Notes: generated by a model not told the origin, from the sequence alone. DNA of 64,000 nucleotides from Leucoraja ocellata (GCA_036785375.1 JAWMAR010000187.1:4464001-4528000), one strand, 5' to 3'. Shown: positions 49,593 through 62,599, counted from the first letter of the stretch. Numbers and translations: made by a program.

Positions 49593-50804
49593 ACGAATGT
49601 TAACCTTGCCATTGATGGCCTGATACCAAAATTAAATCAAAAATAGTTGATATATTATTCTGCTGTAAGTATTTTTTTAGTCATGCTTAATATTGTATGT
49701 TCAGATGTCCAGTCTTACTATTAATTCAATGGCTGTCAGGCCCAGTCAGGCCCAGCCCCAGCAACAAAAGCTTTTCACTGTACCTCAGTACACGTGACAA
49801 TAAACTAAACTTAAGATAGGCTGGTGTATTTTTTAAACTTTGCTTGTCATTCATTTTTTTGCCGTAAAAATACTTGCCTACTTGCACACAAGATAAATAA
49901 AAGCACAAGAGCGTGTACATGACTATAAAATATAAACAACAATTCAAGTAGCAAATCATGTCAACATTTATGACACATGCTCCCAGTTTTTTTTTATCTG
50001 CCAATAAAAGAAATCTGAATACTCGTAACGTCAAAATTGTCCTGCCAGCGTAATTTGTAGGCTCCACACAATTTGCTGCAATATGCTTCCAAGGCACTGA
50101 GGCTGTTTGCCAGGAGTGCAAGGTGTTTAGCATTAGTGCATTGGTTTCATAATAGTGAATACAGGGTGAAGATTTCATTTGTCAACATTGGCCTTCCTGT
50201 GCATCATTGTAAAGCACAGATGTGTACGGGCAATTATTGAACATCATTTCAATGAAAATATTCGGGGTTTTCAAACCTAACTGTACACATTCAACTTTCT
50301 ATGGTACTATTTATTTAATTGAGAGTGTCAGCTGGCTCATTATGTCACAGTACTCGAGAGCTTTGAAAAAGAAAATATCAGCATTAAAACATGAGGAAGG
50401 CATATTTACAGAACTGGCTCTGGCTGTGTTTGTAACCATGCGTGAAATATAAATACTTCACATGATTCTAATATTGAGCATTGTAAGGGCTGTTACACCA
50501 GTCTCCACTTTAGTGTGTGTTTATATCAATCTACTTAATCAAGTAAAGATTTTCGCTGTGTACTCAGCACATCGTCTGTTGCTTTACAGGCCTGCTGTTC
50601 CTCTCTCAAACAAGCTGCACGTTACCTAACTGGGTATCAACGCTCATCCTCGAAGCAGATGTCCAGTCTGGCATCAACAATGAGTTCATATCAAGAAGAA
50701 GAACAAAAAAAAACTGAGAGAAAGAGGGAACAAGCGAGACAAAACAGAAAAAAATGAAAGCCAAAGGGCAAGAGGAGAGAGATCCCAGGAAAACGTGAAA
50801 ATAT

Positions 50805-50997
50805 GTGTGTTGGAAAGAAGTGCAGATGCTGGTTTAAATCGAAGGTAGACACAAAATGCTGGAGCAACTCAGCAGGACATGCAGCATCTCTGGAGAGGAG
50901 GAATGGGTGAGAAGGAATTCAGACAATCCGAAGAAAGGTCTCGACCCGTTCCTTCTCTCCAGAGATGCTGAGTTACTCCAGCACTTTGTGTCTACCT
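50805..50997. mobile_element. PLE-derived short element with inverted arms
   Basis: AAGGTAGACACAAAATGCTGGAG..CTCCAGCACTTTGTGTCTACCTT. Confidence 0.78.
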
Positions 50998-52734
50998 TAA
51001 AAGTGAAGATATTAATGCACAACCCAAAGAACGCATACATTTTAATATTAAGCAAAGGAAACTTCAGATCCGTGACTTGACGGATCCTGTGACGTCAAAT
51101 GCAAAGGGACATGATTGCTTCAGCCCCACTTTATGTTTCCACATGACTTGGTTCATTGCAACAACACAAATCTCCATGAGGGTGGCTAATTATATCGTTC
51201 TCAACAGTGGACCATGTTAATATTCCTTTCATTTGACCTGAACAGAACCATAGCTATCAGGAGCAGGAGTCATCCATTTGCCCTCTCCTGCCTGCTTCAC
51301 CATTAAATAAGATATTTCAACCTCAGTGCCACTTTCCTTCACTAATTGCTAATGACCTTTGAATCTGATATGAAAACATCAATAAACCTCTGCTCTATGT
51401 CAGGCTTTGTCCATGTAAAATGAAAATAAGAAATTGGTGTACCGTCTTCCGTTAGGAAGAAATAATTGCCACCTGCTATATTCAGACTTTCATTTTATTT
51501 TCTAAAAATGAAAATAAATCAGTTAACAGACTTGCAGAAGGGAGCAGGGTGCTTTTATTCTGATGCTGGTTGAGCCATATTTATGGCCATTGATGAAATG
51601 GTTGCAGAATGATCAATGCCCCAAACTCACTGTGGAACCATCTCTGTCAACCAGACAACTTCGGGGAGGGATGTTGCTCAGATAATGATTGAAAAGTCTG
51701 AAATATTTGGAGCTGCACAAAAACATAGAGAAACAAGTTTTCCTCGGCTAAGAGGGTTTCCACATGTTCGATGTTTTCAGTACTTGGATGAACAGAGCAA
51801 ATGGATATGTTGAAACACCTGAAAGGTTTGCAGCAACAAGGAACTGCAGTTGCTGGTTAATATGTAAAAGGAAACAAAGTGTTGGAGTAACTCAGCGGGT
51901 CACGCCGCATCTCAGGAGAACATGGACAGGTGAAGGGAACCTTCTTCAAACTGGCTTGCAACTGTATTGATTGAATACACCCATATAACCATATAACAAT
52001 TACAGCACGGAAACAGGCCATCTCGGCCCTTCTAGTCCGTGCTAAACACTTATTCTCCCCTAGTCCCATCTACCTGCACTCAGACCATAGCCCTCCATTC
52101 CTTTCCCGTCCATATACCTATCCAATTTATTTAAAAATTATAAAATCGAACCTGCCTCCACCACTTCCACTGGAAGCTCATTCCACACAGTTACCACTCT
52201 CTGAGTAAAGAAATTTGATCAATTTGATCAAACTCATCCAAGCTTATTATAGTTTCCAATTTTCGTTTAAATTCCGTTTAATTATTTTAGAACATTTGAT
52301 GAAATTACTCTTTGGGATGTTTAAGGAATGTACAGCAAAGGTGATGAAACAATTCCCACTGATAACAACTATCTTAAATTTCCAGATCCTTGTCAATTGT
52401 GAGCTTATTTTGACACAGGGCTGAAACAAGCTTAAAATATCTACTGCCTACAGCGCTGAAAGTCTCCGTACCAGAATTACATCTGACATTTTCTATATCT
52501 ACTCGTATGTCATTTGCACTGGGGCAGCTTTTATCTGCTTCAAAGCAGCTGAGCACTTTGTTATCAGGTTATCCTGGGGCACCTTTGCCTCAGTGTGAGG
52601 TACAGTACAATGCAATGTAATGTGAGCAAAACAGTTGTTGTACACAGTCTTATGGTGCTTTCCTGTTCATACAACCTGCTCTCAGATCCACAAACCTATC
52701 CTTGGCTCATACCAAAGACAAAGGAGATAGTCAC

Positions 52735-53100
52735 AAAACTTAAGGGGTTGGACAGGTTAGATGCAGGAAGATTATTCCCGATGTTGGGGAAGTCCAGAAC
52801 GAGGGGTCACAGTTTAAGGATAAGAGAGAAGTCTTTTAGGACCGAGATGAGAAAATCATTTTTTACACAGAGAGTGGTGAATCTGTGGAATTCTCTGCCA
52901 CAGCAGGTAGCTGAGGCCAGTTCATTGGCTATGTTTAAGAGGGTTAGAAGTGGCCCTTGTGGCTAAAGGGATCCGGAGGTATGGAGAGAAGGCAGGGATG
53001 GGATACTGAGTTGGATGATCAGCAATGATCATATTGAATGGCGGTGCAGGCTCGAAGGGCCGAATGGCCTACTCCTGCACCTATTTTCTATGTTTCTATG
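52735..53100 (+). mobile_element. CR1 3' fragment
   Basis: LKGLDRLDAGRLFPMLGKSRTRGHSL..; (TTTCTATG)n tail. Confidence 0.92.
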
Positions 53101-53303
53101 TCACAAAAGCTGGAGTAACTCAGCGGGACATGCAGCATCTCCGGAGAGAAGTAATGGGTGACGTTTCGGGTCGCGACCCTTCTTCTCATCCTGAAACGTC
53201 ACCTATTCCTTTTCTCCAGAGATGCTGCCTGGCCCGTTGAGTTACTCCAGCTGTTTGCGTCTAACTTTGGCTTAAACCAGCATCTGCCGTCCCTTCCTAC
53301 ACA
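53101..53303. mobile_element. PLE-derived short element (subfamily B), imperfect fold-back
   Basis: GCTGGAGTAACTCAGCGGG..CCCGTTGAGTTACTCCAGC. Confidence 0.78.
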
Positions 53304-53304
53304 T

Positions 53305-53820
53305 ACCCCGGTATGCATTGAAGGTGCCGATGTTGAGATGGTCGAAAGCTTCAAATTCCTTGGAGTAAATATCACCAGCAACTTGTCCTGGACCACCCAT
53401 ATTGAATCAATGGCCATGAAAGCACACCAACGCCTCTACTTCCTTCGAAGGCTTAGGACGTTCGGCATGTCTCCAACAACCCTCACCAACTTCTAGAGAT
53501 GCGCAGTAGAAAGCATTTTATCAGGATGCATCACAGCGTGGCTTGGGAACAGCTCCATCCAAGACCCCGAGAAATTACAGAGAATTGTGGACGCAGCCCA
53601 GACCATCACACAAACCAAACTCCTTTCCCTTGACTTCATTTACACCGAGTGCTGCCTTGGCAAGGCCAGCAGCATAATCAAGGATGTCGGACCACCGGTT
53701 ACTCCCTCTTCTCCCCTCCACCATCGGGCAAGAGGTACAGAAGTGTGAAAACACAAACCTCCAGATTCAGGGACAGTTTCTTCCCAGCTGTTATCAGGCA
53801 CCTGAACCATTCTATCAGCA
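53305..53820 (+). mobile_element. Rex1/Babar LINE fragment, decayed
   Basis: VEMVESFKFLGVNI..LSWTTH..KAHQRLYFLRRLR; FRDSFFPAVIR; internal stop and frameshift. Confidence 0.88.
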
Positions 53821-54218
53821 AACAGACAGCGATCCTGAGCTTGCCGGCCAATATCCCAACTTCAAACCCTTTAAAGGAAATATACGAGATTTATTTTACA
53901 CTGAGAGTGATAAGTGCCTGAAACATGCTACTACTGGAGGTGGTAATGGAGGTAGACACAATAGTGATGTTTAAGATGCATTTAGTTAGGTACACGAACA
54001 TGCATGGAATTGAGGGATGTGGACCATATACAGGATAGGGGGGCTAGTTAGCTTTGGCAACATTGTTCACACAGACATCATGGTGTCAAAGGGCCTGTTC
54101 CTGTGCTGCATGGTACTATGTTCTATTAATATAACCTGAGTTTCCAACTTACAATCCCCATCCTTCAAATTCTAGCTTCAAACTCCAGAGAATGTCCTTC
54201 AAATTCTAGCTCTGTGAC

Positions 54219-55080
54219 TAGCAATGTTACAAAATTTTGAGATTTTAAAAATCAAGTCTGCAATTTATCCCATCAGATAAAGCATAACAATAAGTTTAAT
54301 TTGACACCAAATTCACTTTCATATCTCAAGTATTAAAAAAGTTATGGCCATTTTCATACTCGGAAATTAGCATCTTGTTCCCTATTGATTTTCAATGGAC
54401 ATTACAAAAAAGCTGTGATCTTGGATAGTCAAAAGCCCATTTCTTAAGGAAAGATTAACATTTTTAAATAGCCTAAGTGTCCAAAGATTAGTCACAAATA
54501 ATTCACAATATAACATGATTTTTATATCTAATTTACATTAATTTATAGGCCAAATGGAAGGAATTTAGTGTTCAATTGCTGTAAATAAATGCCCATTTAA
54601 ATCGGCTTTCTAGTGGGTTCATGTGAACGCGCTGGTTTAGAACGTTCGCATCGCGCTGGATTAGTGCCCTCAAATGCCGAGAAAAATACTGCGGGATATA
54701 AAAAGCCCAAAATGAACTACTCGCTATAGATAACTTGATATATAGGGTTATATATATGCCCCATTTAATGTAAAAATAAGGTACATACCTTTAATTGTTT
54801 GCTTTATAAAACCCTGGGGCTGCGAGAGGTTGCGGAATGAGACAGTAATTTTAAAACTATTATAACTATATTATCGAGGCCTATAAAACTAATAATACCT
54901 TTTGCGACCGGGTCTTGCAGCGATTTTTCGTTAATGATTTACTAGGCTGAACATCTGCGATTAGTACAGCCTAGTAAAAATCGCGTTTTAAACCCGCCCC
55001 CTCCAAACAGCGCCAAAATCGCGGACCTGGCTGTGGGCAGATTCCCAATGACGATTCAGGTAGGTTTTGTAACATACCTA
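54219..55080. mobile_element. Non-autonomous TIR DNA transposon with 7-bp TSD (hATw-like, inferred)
   Basis: TIR TAGCAATGTTACAAAA / TTTTGTAACATACCTA; CTGTGAC at 54212-54218 and 55081-55087. Confidence 0.8.
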
Positions 55081-55837
55081 CTGTGACATCCTTTTGCCAG
55101 CCTGCTTTTTCATGATGTCAACAATCATGCTTTGAACAAAGATAGACTAGTCTGCACAACTGCACTAGTCTGGCCAACTTCCCAAACCTCAAACCCAAGC
55201 AGGTCTTTCATGCCAATGTCCTAAACTCACCAAACTGACGTCGACAACATTGGCACCCATCCTTAATGATGAGCATTGAAAATTCTCAAGACTGTGAGAA
55301 ATACCACTTCAGCTTTGTTCCATGCACCCTGCATCCCTAGAGTCCTTCAAAACCTGCCTTAAAAATGCTTTCACAGAGCACAACATTTGTGTGGGTTCTG
55401 AAACAGGATTTCATCTGAATATCAATAATGCAAGTCGCAGGGGAATCCAGTTCCATGGAGTTTCTACAGAGCACAATGCACAATATAGTAAGTGAGAAAA
55501 CTTTAAGAGTTAATTGCTTTTTAAATTTAGGTTTTGCTTTTCGCATTTAACTGTAACCTTAGCATGCAGTTTCCTTCATTTGGTTGGCCAGTGGTAAACA
55601 AGTTGTCTGCTGTTAACGGATGTATAGTCAGACATTCCAGCATTTACTGTTTGCATTTCAGATTTTCAGCATCAGCATTTTTTCATGCACTGTCAATAGG
55701 ATGACTTGCCAGATGTGGTTACCCAGTGATTATTGACAGTCATTTGGGTGTTTGCAAATGTTACCAGTATTTGCTGACCTACTGAATATGCAGCTTAGAG
55801 TCGATACCTGTGGAGCTATCCTGCTGCTTCATGTATA

Positions 55838-56325
55838 AAGTTGTGCAAAAGGTGATGGACACTGCCCAGTCCATCACGGGTTCTGACCTAACCACCATGG
55901 AAGAGATTTACAGGAGTCACTGCTTGACAAAGGCAGCCAGCATCATCAGAGACCCACACTACCCTGGCCATGCTCTCATCTCACCCCTGCCATTGGGAAG
56001 AAGGTACAGGGCCCTTAAAACTGCAATGTCCAGGTTCAGGGACAGCGTCTTCCACACAGCCATCAGGCTATTAAACATTACAAGCTCTGAACTACATAGA
56101 CTATTATTGCACTGTTATCATGTGTTTGATTTTTATGTGTACAAATGTGTGCCTGTGTGTAATATATATGTGTGTGTATGTGTGTGTATGTGTGTGTATG
56201 TGTGGATATACACACACTGAACTTCTTTTCTCGTTTATTATATAGTTTCCATATTCTGTTGTGCTGCTGCAAAGTGAGAATTTCATTGTTCTATCTGGGA
56301 CGTATGGCAATAACTCGATAAAGAA
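55838..56325 (+). mobile_element. Rex1/Babar LINE 3' fragment
   Basis: QKVMDTAQSITG..KAASIIRDPHYPGH..RFRDSVF..AIRLLN; 3' UTR shared with 11960-12135. Confidence 0.82.
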
Positions 56326-56418
56326 TTCCTGGATGCTGCAGCTGAAGATCAGGGCTTTCAAGCCTGAGGTGCAGCTGGAGTCATAGGGTCAGGAAAGCTG
56401 TGTGTTTCTGAGATTGTA

Positions 56419-58050
56419 CAGAGTCCTCCATAATGTTTGGGCCAAAGGCCCATCATTTATTTATTTGCCTCCGTACGCCACAATTTGAGATTTGTAATAG
56501 AAAATAAAATCACATGTGGTTAAAGTGCACCTTGTCAGATTTTACTAAAGTGTATTTTTACACATTTTGGTTTCACCATGTAGAAATTACAGCAGTGTTT
56601 ATACATAGTCCCCCCATTTCAGAGCACCATAATGTTTGGGACACGTGGCTTCACAGGCATTTCTAATTGCTCATTTAATGCAGGTTTAATTGCCTCCTTA
56701 ATGCAGGTATAAGAGAGCTCTCAGCACCTAGTCTTTCCTCCAGTCTTTCCATCACCGTGGAAACTTTTATTGCTGTTTATCAACATGAGGACCAAAGTTG
56801 TGCCAATTAAAGTCAAAGAAGCCATTATGAGACTGAGAAACAAGACTAAAACTGTTAGAGGCATCAGCCAAACCTTCGGCTTATCAAAATCAACTGTTTG
56901 GAGCATCATTAAGAAGAGAGCACTGGTGAGCTTACTAATCTCAAAGGGACTGGCAGACCAAGGAAGACCTCCACAGCTGATGACAAAATAATTCTCTCTA
57001 TAATAAAGACAAGTCCCCAAACACCTGCCCGACAGATTGGAAACACTCTTCCGAAGTCAGGCGTGGATTTGTCAATGACCACTATCCGCAGAAGACTTCA
57101 TGAACAGAAATACAGAGGCTATACCACAAGATGCAAACCACTGGTTAGCTGCAAAAATAGGATGGCCAGGTTACAGTTTGCCAAGAAGTACTTGAAAAAG
57201 CAACCACAGTTCTGGAAAAAGGTCTTGTGGACAGATGAGATGAAAATGGACTTATATCAGAGTGGTGGCAAGTGTATGGAGGAGAGAAGGAACTGCCCAA
57301 GATCCAAAGCATACCTCCTCACCTGTGAAACACGGTGGTGGGGGTGTTATGGCCTGGGCATGTGTGGCTGCTGAAGGTACTGGCTCACTTTTCTTCATTG
57401 ATGATACAACTGCTGATGGTAGTGGCATAATGACACATCCTATCTGCTCAGGTTGAAACAAATGCCTCAAAACTCATTGGCCTGCGGTTGATTCTACAGC
57501 AAGACAATGATCCCAAACATACTGCTAATGTAACAAAGGAGTTTGTCAAAGCTAAAAAATGCTCAATTCTTGAGTGGCCAAGTCAATCGCCCGATCTAAA
57601 CCCAACTGAGCAGGCCTTTTATATGCTGAATTGAAAACTGAAGGGGACTAGCCACAAAAACAAGCATAAGCTAAAGATGGCAGCAATACAGGCCTGGCAG
57701 AACATCACCAGCAATTGTGATGTCCATGAATTGCAGACTTCAAGCAGTCATTGCATGCAAAGGATATGCAACAAAATACTAAACATGACTACTTTCATTT
57801 ACATGACATTGCTGTGTCCCAAACATAATGCTGTCCTGAAATGGGGGGGGGGGGGGGGGGGACTATATATAAACCCTGCTGTAATTTCTACATGGTGAAA
57901 CCAAGATGTATAAAAATGGCCTTTATTAAAATCTGACAATGTGCACTTTAACCACATGTGATTTTTTTCTGTTACAAATTTCAAATTGTGGAGTACAGAG
58001 GCAAATAAATAAATGATGGGTCTTTGTCGCAAATATTATGGAGGGCACTG
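56419..58050 (+). mobile_element. Tc1-family DNA transposon, full length (1632 bp), long TIRs, TA TSD
   Basis: TA|CAGAGTCCTCCATAATGTTTG..AATATTATGGAGGGCACTG|TA; inverted repeats of about 225 bp. Confidence 0.93.
56785..57782 (+). pseudogene. Tc1 transposase pseudogene (frameshifts and stops)
   Basis: [60 protein letters not shown]-stop, spread over several frames. Confidence 0.92.
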
Positions 58051-59175
58051 TATATTAGCATGAGGTAGTCAAACGAGAGAGATGTGTGTGACACTAACAG
58101 GTATTCAGCACTGGAAACATGGTGCGTGCGATAAAACCTGAAAGGAGTGTGGTTCAGATCAGGAAACCAATGGACAAGGGGCTGCACAGTGATTGGAAAC
58201 AACTGGAAATCATTGAAACTAGGACAAATCTAGGACAAATAGACAATCATCAAATCTAGGACAAATAGACTCAGGAATAGTTGTTTTCCGAAAATTATAA
58301 CTACTCTTAATTCACACATGCACTGACTTCACAGCCCAACACCCGGACTTCCATCTATTATATCCACGTAATGAAATTTGGAACTATAATGTGTATTGTA
58401 ACTGTAATTTTTAACATTTTTTTAAAAAACATTTTTAATATTTAATATAATCTTTAAACAACTCCTTCACCATTTTGCCTTTATAGATATGTATATAGCG
58501 CTGCAGAATTGTGCACCTATCACCCCCCCCCCCCTCCCTTTTGTTTTTGTTTTCTGTTTCTTGTTTTTTGTACTAAATTATATGTATGCACTGAGTACGA
58601 GCTGCTTTTAATCTCATTGTACATGTATAGTGACAATAAATTGCATTAAAAAAAATTTTTTTAAAAAGAAACACAAAAATGCCAAAGTGTATAGGGGATT
58701 GCAATGTTGAGGGGAACAAACGGTATGATCATTTGGCATAACTATTGTATATGCATGGCCATTACACTTATGTATTATTGTATTGCATAGTGTAACAAGG
58801 TCTTATATTGTATTATGTCACAATATCATGAAATAATATATCATGTCATAATGTTGATAGTATGTATTAACGTACGATGTATGATAGGTGGTATATGGTA
58901 TTATGCATTAACATTATGCTGTAACACGTAACTATTGTTATTATTGGATATGTAAAGCCAATTAACAATTGTTATAAACTATAACATGTGGGGATGGAGG
59001 GGTTTTGGGATTGGTGTGTGGGTAGGTGGGTCAATGAGAGCCTCTATGTATGTTATGTCTTGTGCTGTATGTTCTATGTTGGACCCCCTCGAAAACGAGA
59101 TGACTGTCCATCTCAAGGGGTTATCCATGAATAAACTTGTTTCAAACTTGTTGTTTCAACTTGTTTCAAACTTAA

Positions 59176-59282
59176 TCAGTCTGAAGAAGGGTCTCGACCC
59201 GAAACATCGCCCATTCCTTCTCTCCAGAGATGCTGCCTGTCCCACTGAGTTATTCCAGCATTTTGTGTCTACCTTTGGTTTA
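59176..59282 (+). mobile_element. PLE-derived short element (subfamily B)
   Basis: CTGAAGAAGGGTCTCGACCCGAAAC core. Confidence 0.82.
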
Positions 59283-59490
59283 ATAAGTAATCTCCAGGAA
59301 TAAATGTCTTCATGCAGAGTGTAAGCCAGATTGTGTGATACATTATTACACTTTAGAATGGGATCTTTGTAAATAATTATTATATGTTTTGCATTGTACA
59401 ACATTGTTGCAACAAAGTGCAACAAATAATAGTGCAACATTGTTCAGAGAATGGTAAATGGATGAAAAAGGCCACAGAGTTGTTGCCTTA

Positions 59491-59680
59491 AGGGCCTGTC
59501 CCTCTTTCCCAAGTTACTCACGAATTCTCCCGAGTTTTCCCTTTGATTCAAACGGAGAACGTCTGTAGCGAGTCTGTAGGAGGAGGGAGGAGGAGGAGCT
59601 CGTAGATCACGGAAATCTTGATTTTTTTTTTTAAGGTCCTTTCAACTCGGCAGAGGACTCGGGAAAGTGGGACAGGCCCT
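59491..59680. mobile_element. Harbinger-type MITE (second family) nested in a V-SINE head
   Basis: TTA|AGGGCCTGTCCC..GGGACAGGCCCT|TTA; the SINE resumes at 59684-59935. Confidence 0.88.
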
Positions 59681-59996
59681 TTAACAGCACCAGATACCCA
59701 GCTTCAATCCTGACTACGGATGCTGTCTGTATGGAGTTTGTACGTTGTCACTGTGACTGTGTGGGTTTTCTCCGGGTGATACAGTTTCCTCCCACACACC
59801 AAAGACGTGTAGGTTTGCACGTTAATTGGCTTCTGCAAATTGTCCAGTGTGTAGAATAGACCTAGTGTACGGGGATCACTGTTCGACACGGACTGAAGGG
59901 CCTGTTTCTACGGCGTATCTCTAAAGCTAAAAACTGGTGTTGGATAGGAAAATCGCAGACACATTGCTTTTCGCAATAAAGGCTCTGCCAACGTCT

Positions 59997-60272
59997 GTGA
60001 CACAGCAGCAGGGTTGCTGCCTCACAACACTTACAGCGCCAGAGACCCGGGCTCGATCTTTGCTACGGGTGCTTCTCTGTACGGAGTATGTACGTTCTCA
60101 CCATGATACGCATGGGTTTTCTCCGAGAACTTCGGTTTCCTCCCAGGGTCATTGGCTTGGTATAAATGTAAAGAATGTCCCTAGTGTAGGATGGTGATAA
60201 TGTGCTGGTCACTGTGGAGTCGATGGGCCAAAGGGCCTGTTTCCACCCTGTATCTCTCAACTAAAAACTAAA
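59997..60272 (+). mobile_element. V-SINE (HE1-like)
   Basis: CTTACAGCGCCAGAGACCCGGG head, core and (TAAA)-type tail. Confidence 0.8.
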
Positions 60273-61304
60273 CAATGTCAATTGCTCATCTGAATACGAG
60301 GGATATTCATGTAACCACAACACTCAGCTGATCAGCAGAATGAAACAGCCATGCAAAAGGCCCATCCAATGCAGTTTGCATACCAGAATTCCTATGAAAA
60401 ATCATCATCAGGCAGTGGAGCTTGAAGTACCATTAATGTCAGTGCCAAGAAGTTAATAAACATGTTTTTGTGTAAACATCAATGTGCTGGCACAGTAACG
60501 TCTCATTCCTTTCGCTGCATATAGTAATCTTCATTGATTTGATAATGCTTGGGTGTCAAGAAAATTCCAAACATGTTGAACCCAGTCCACATGTCACACC
60601 TCTTTTATTTCAGTTGAAGAATAAACATGCTTTCATTGGCGTGCCCTTGTCTCCATCTAGGGTGAAGCAGTTGCTGCCGCCTGCTGACTTCACACTTTCA
60701 CTGATATGATTCACCACATCACAACAAAGGCTTCTATCTCCAGATACCAGAAGTGTCAAAGAGCCTGGAGTAACTTCCTTATCTACCACAGGGATATGAT
60801 TAGCGAAACAAAAAACCCTGATATTTAATATAATTGATGTGTAGTTATTTTTGACAGTATAATTACAATAGTTCAACATTGTTCAGAAAATGCTAAATGG
60901 ATGATAAATATGCCGCCATCCTTTAGTTAAGGAACACCATGGAACCTTATGAGGCATAATACTCTTCTAGCTCAACAGTTAGTCTAACCTTTGAAGTGTG
61001 TTAATTTGCTTCACGCCATCTGACAGTAGTGGTGGATTTTAACTTTGACTGATCCAATATTGACTGGGATTGTCTTTCTGCAAGGTACATCCAAGAAAGT
61101 TTGTGGAGACAATTTGGAGAGAGTAGACAATAGGTGCAGGAGGAGGCCATTCGGCCCTTCGAGCCAGCACCGCCATTCAATGTGATCATGGCTGATCATC
61201 CACAATCAGTACCCCGTCCCTGCCTTCTCCCCATATCCCCTACCTCCGCTATCTTTAAGAGCTCTATACATATTTATTTTGGGAAATGAAACTGGACAGA
61301 TGGT

Positions 61305-61535
61305 GGAAGTGTGTTTGTGTGTGTAAGAGAGAGAGAGAGAGAGTGTGTGTATGTGTGAGAGAGTGTGAGCTTGGGATTGTGGGTGTGTAAGAGAGAATGT
61401 GTGAGAGTGAGCGTGTGAGAGTGAGCATGTGTAAGTGTGTGGGAGATTGTGTGTATGAGAGTGTGTATGGTAGTGTGTGTGAGAGGGTGTGTATGAGAAA
61501 GAGTGTGTGTGTGAGGGAGAGAGAGAGAGGGGGGG
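61305..61535. repeat. Low-complexity (GT/GA)n tract
   Basis: Mixed GT and GA dinucleotide runs. Confidence 0.85.
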
Positions 61536-62027
61536 CATGGGAGAGGAGCTTATGGTGAACAATTTGGGATTCATTATAAGGAATAAGGTTATTCCTACAG
61601 TTCTTGAAATGGGCAAGGCTTATTTCAACAGTATACGAGGCAAAGGCTGATCAGGGGTCGTCCACATTGCTACGACAGGGGATACATTTGATTGAGAATG
61701 TTTGCCAACAAACTCTTGAACCAATCACGTCTTTCACACTTGCTTCCCAGCGCTGCACCTCTGGGAAGAGGGAGTAACGGAGGTGGTTGCAATGTTCAGG
61801 GGTTTGATTGTAAAAAACCCAGTCAAATCTCTCCCCTGCAATACAAAGCGTCACATACTCTTAGTTTTAACTCTACCTCATTGGGTTATTCAATTATCGC
61901 ATTTTAGTACTTTCTGTATTACAGTTTTTGCACCATTCATATTGCATTCATCGATATATTTACTGTTGTATATATCATCCACTCCATGAGCTTCCTGCAT
62001 ACAAGGAATTTCATTTCACCCTGAGAA

Positions 62028-62582
62028 TGCTTCCCGACGGTGGGGCCGCGGATGTGGACTGGGAACGTGGCTGGAGGCCTTTATCGAGACACCGCCGTCT
62101 CGATGCCCCCCGGATCGCCACGTGGAAGCCCGGTCAAGGCCTCGCGGGTCAGTAGGGGGAGCTGGGCCTCACGGGTCAGAGTCCGGGTCGGTGGAGCGGT
62201 CGATGGAGCCCGCGGCTGGGGCCTGGGTTGGCACCACGGAGGCGAGAAGTGGGGCGTCGACAGCGATGAAGCTTCGTGATGATGAGGCCTTGGCGGTGGT
62301 GAAGCCACGCGGCCGGGCGACGCCTCACGGGTCGACTCGCTGTCGATGGTCGATGAGAGCGCGGAAGACCACCGTGAGGGGGGGTGGGGAGAACAGTGGA
62401 GGACCCGGCACGGGGGGGGGGGGGGGGGGTGGGGGAGGGAAAGAACAAATGGAGGAGCAGATGTGCTTTGTAACTGTGTCAGTGCAGTAGGTGCCTGCTA
62501 TTTGTATACACTGGGTATGCAAGCAAAGAATGTCACTGTGCTTAGCCACATGTGACAATAAAGTATTCCAATCTGAATCTGA
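62028..62582 (+). mobile_element. CpG-rich non-autonomous element with Rex1-type tail
   Basis: GC-rich body; TCACTGTG..CACATGTGACAATAAA stem-loop and (AATCTG)n tail. Confidence 0.55.
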
Positions 62583-62599
62583 GGCGGCAACACGGAAGA

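Noticed and set aside
50590-50757. Possible terminal exon after TTTACAG encoding a charged peptide
   Set aside because: Open frame explained by purine-rich low complexity; no recognisable homology
62028-62490. CpG island or GC-rich gene candidate
   Set aside because: Ends in a retroelement stem-loop and microsatellite tail, so more likely a mobile element than a host promoter
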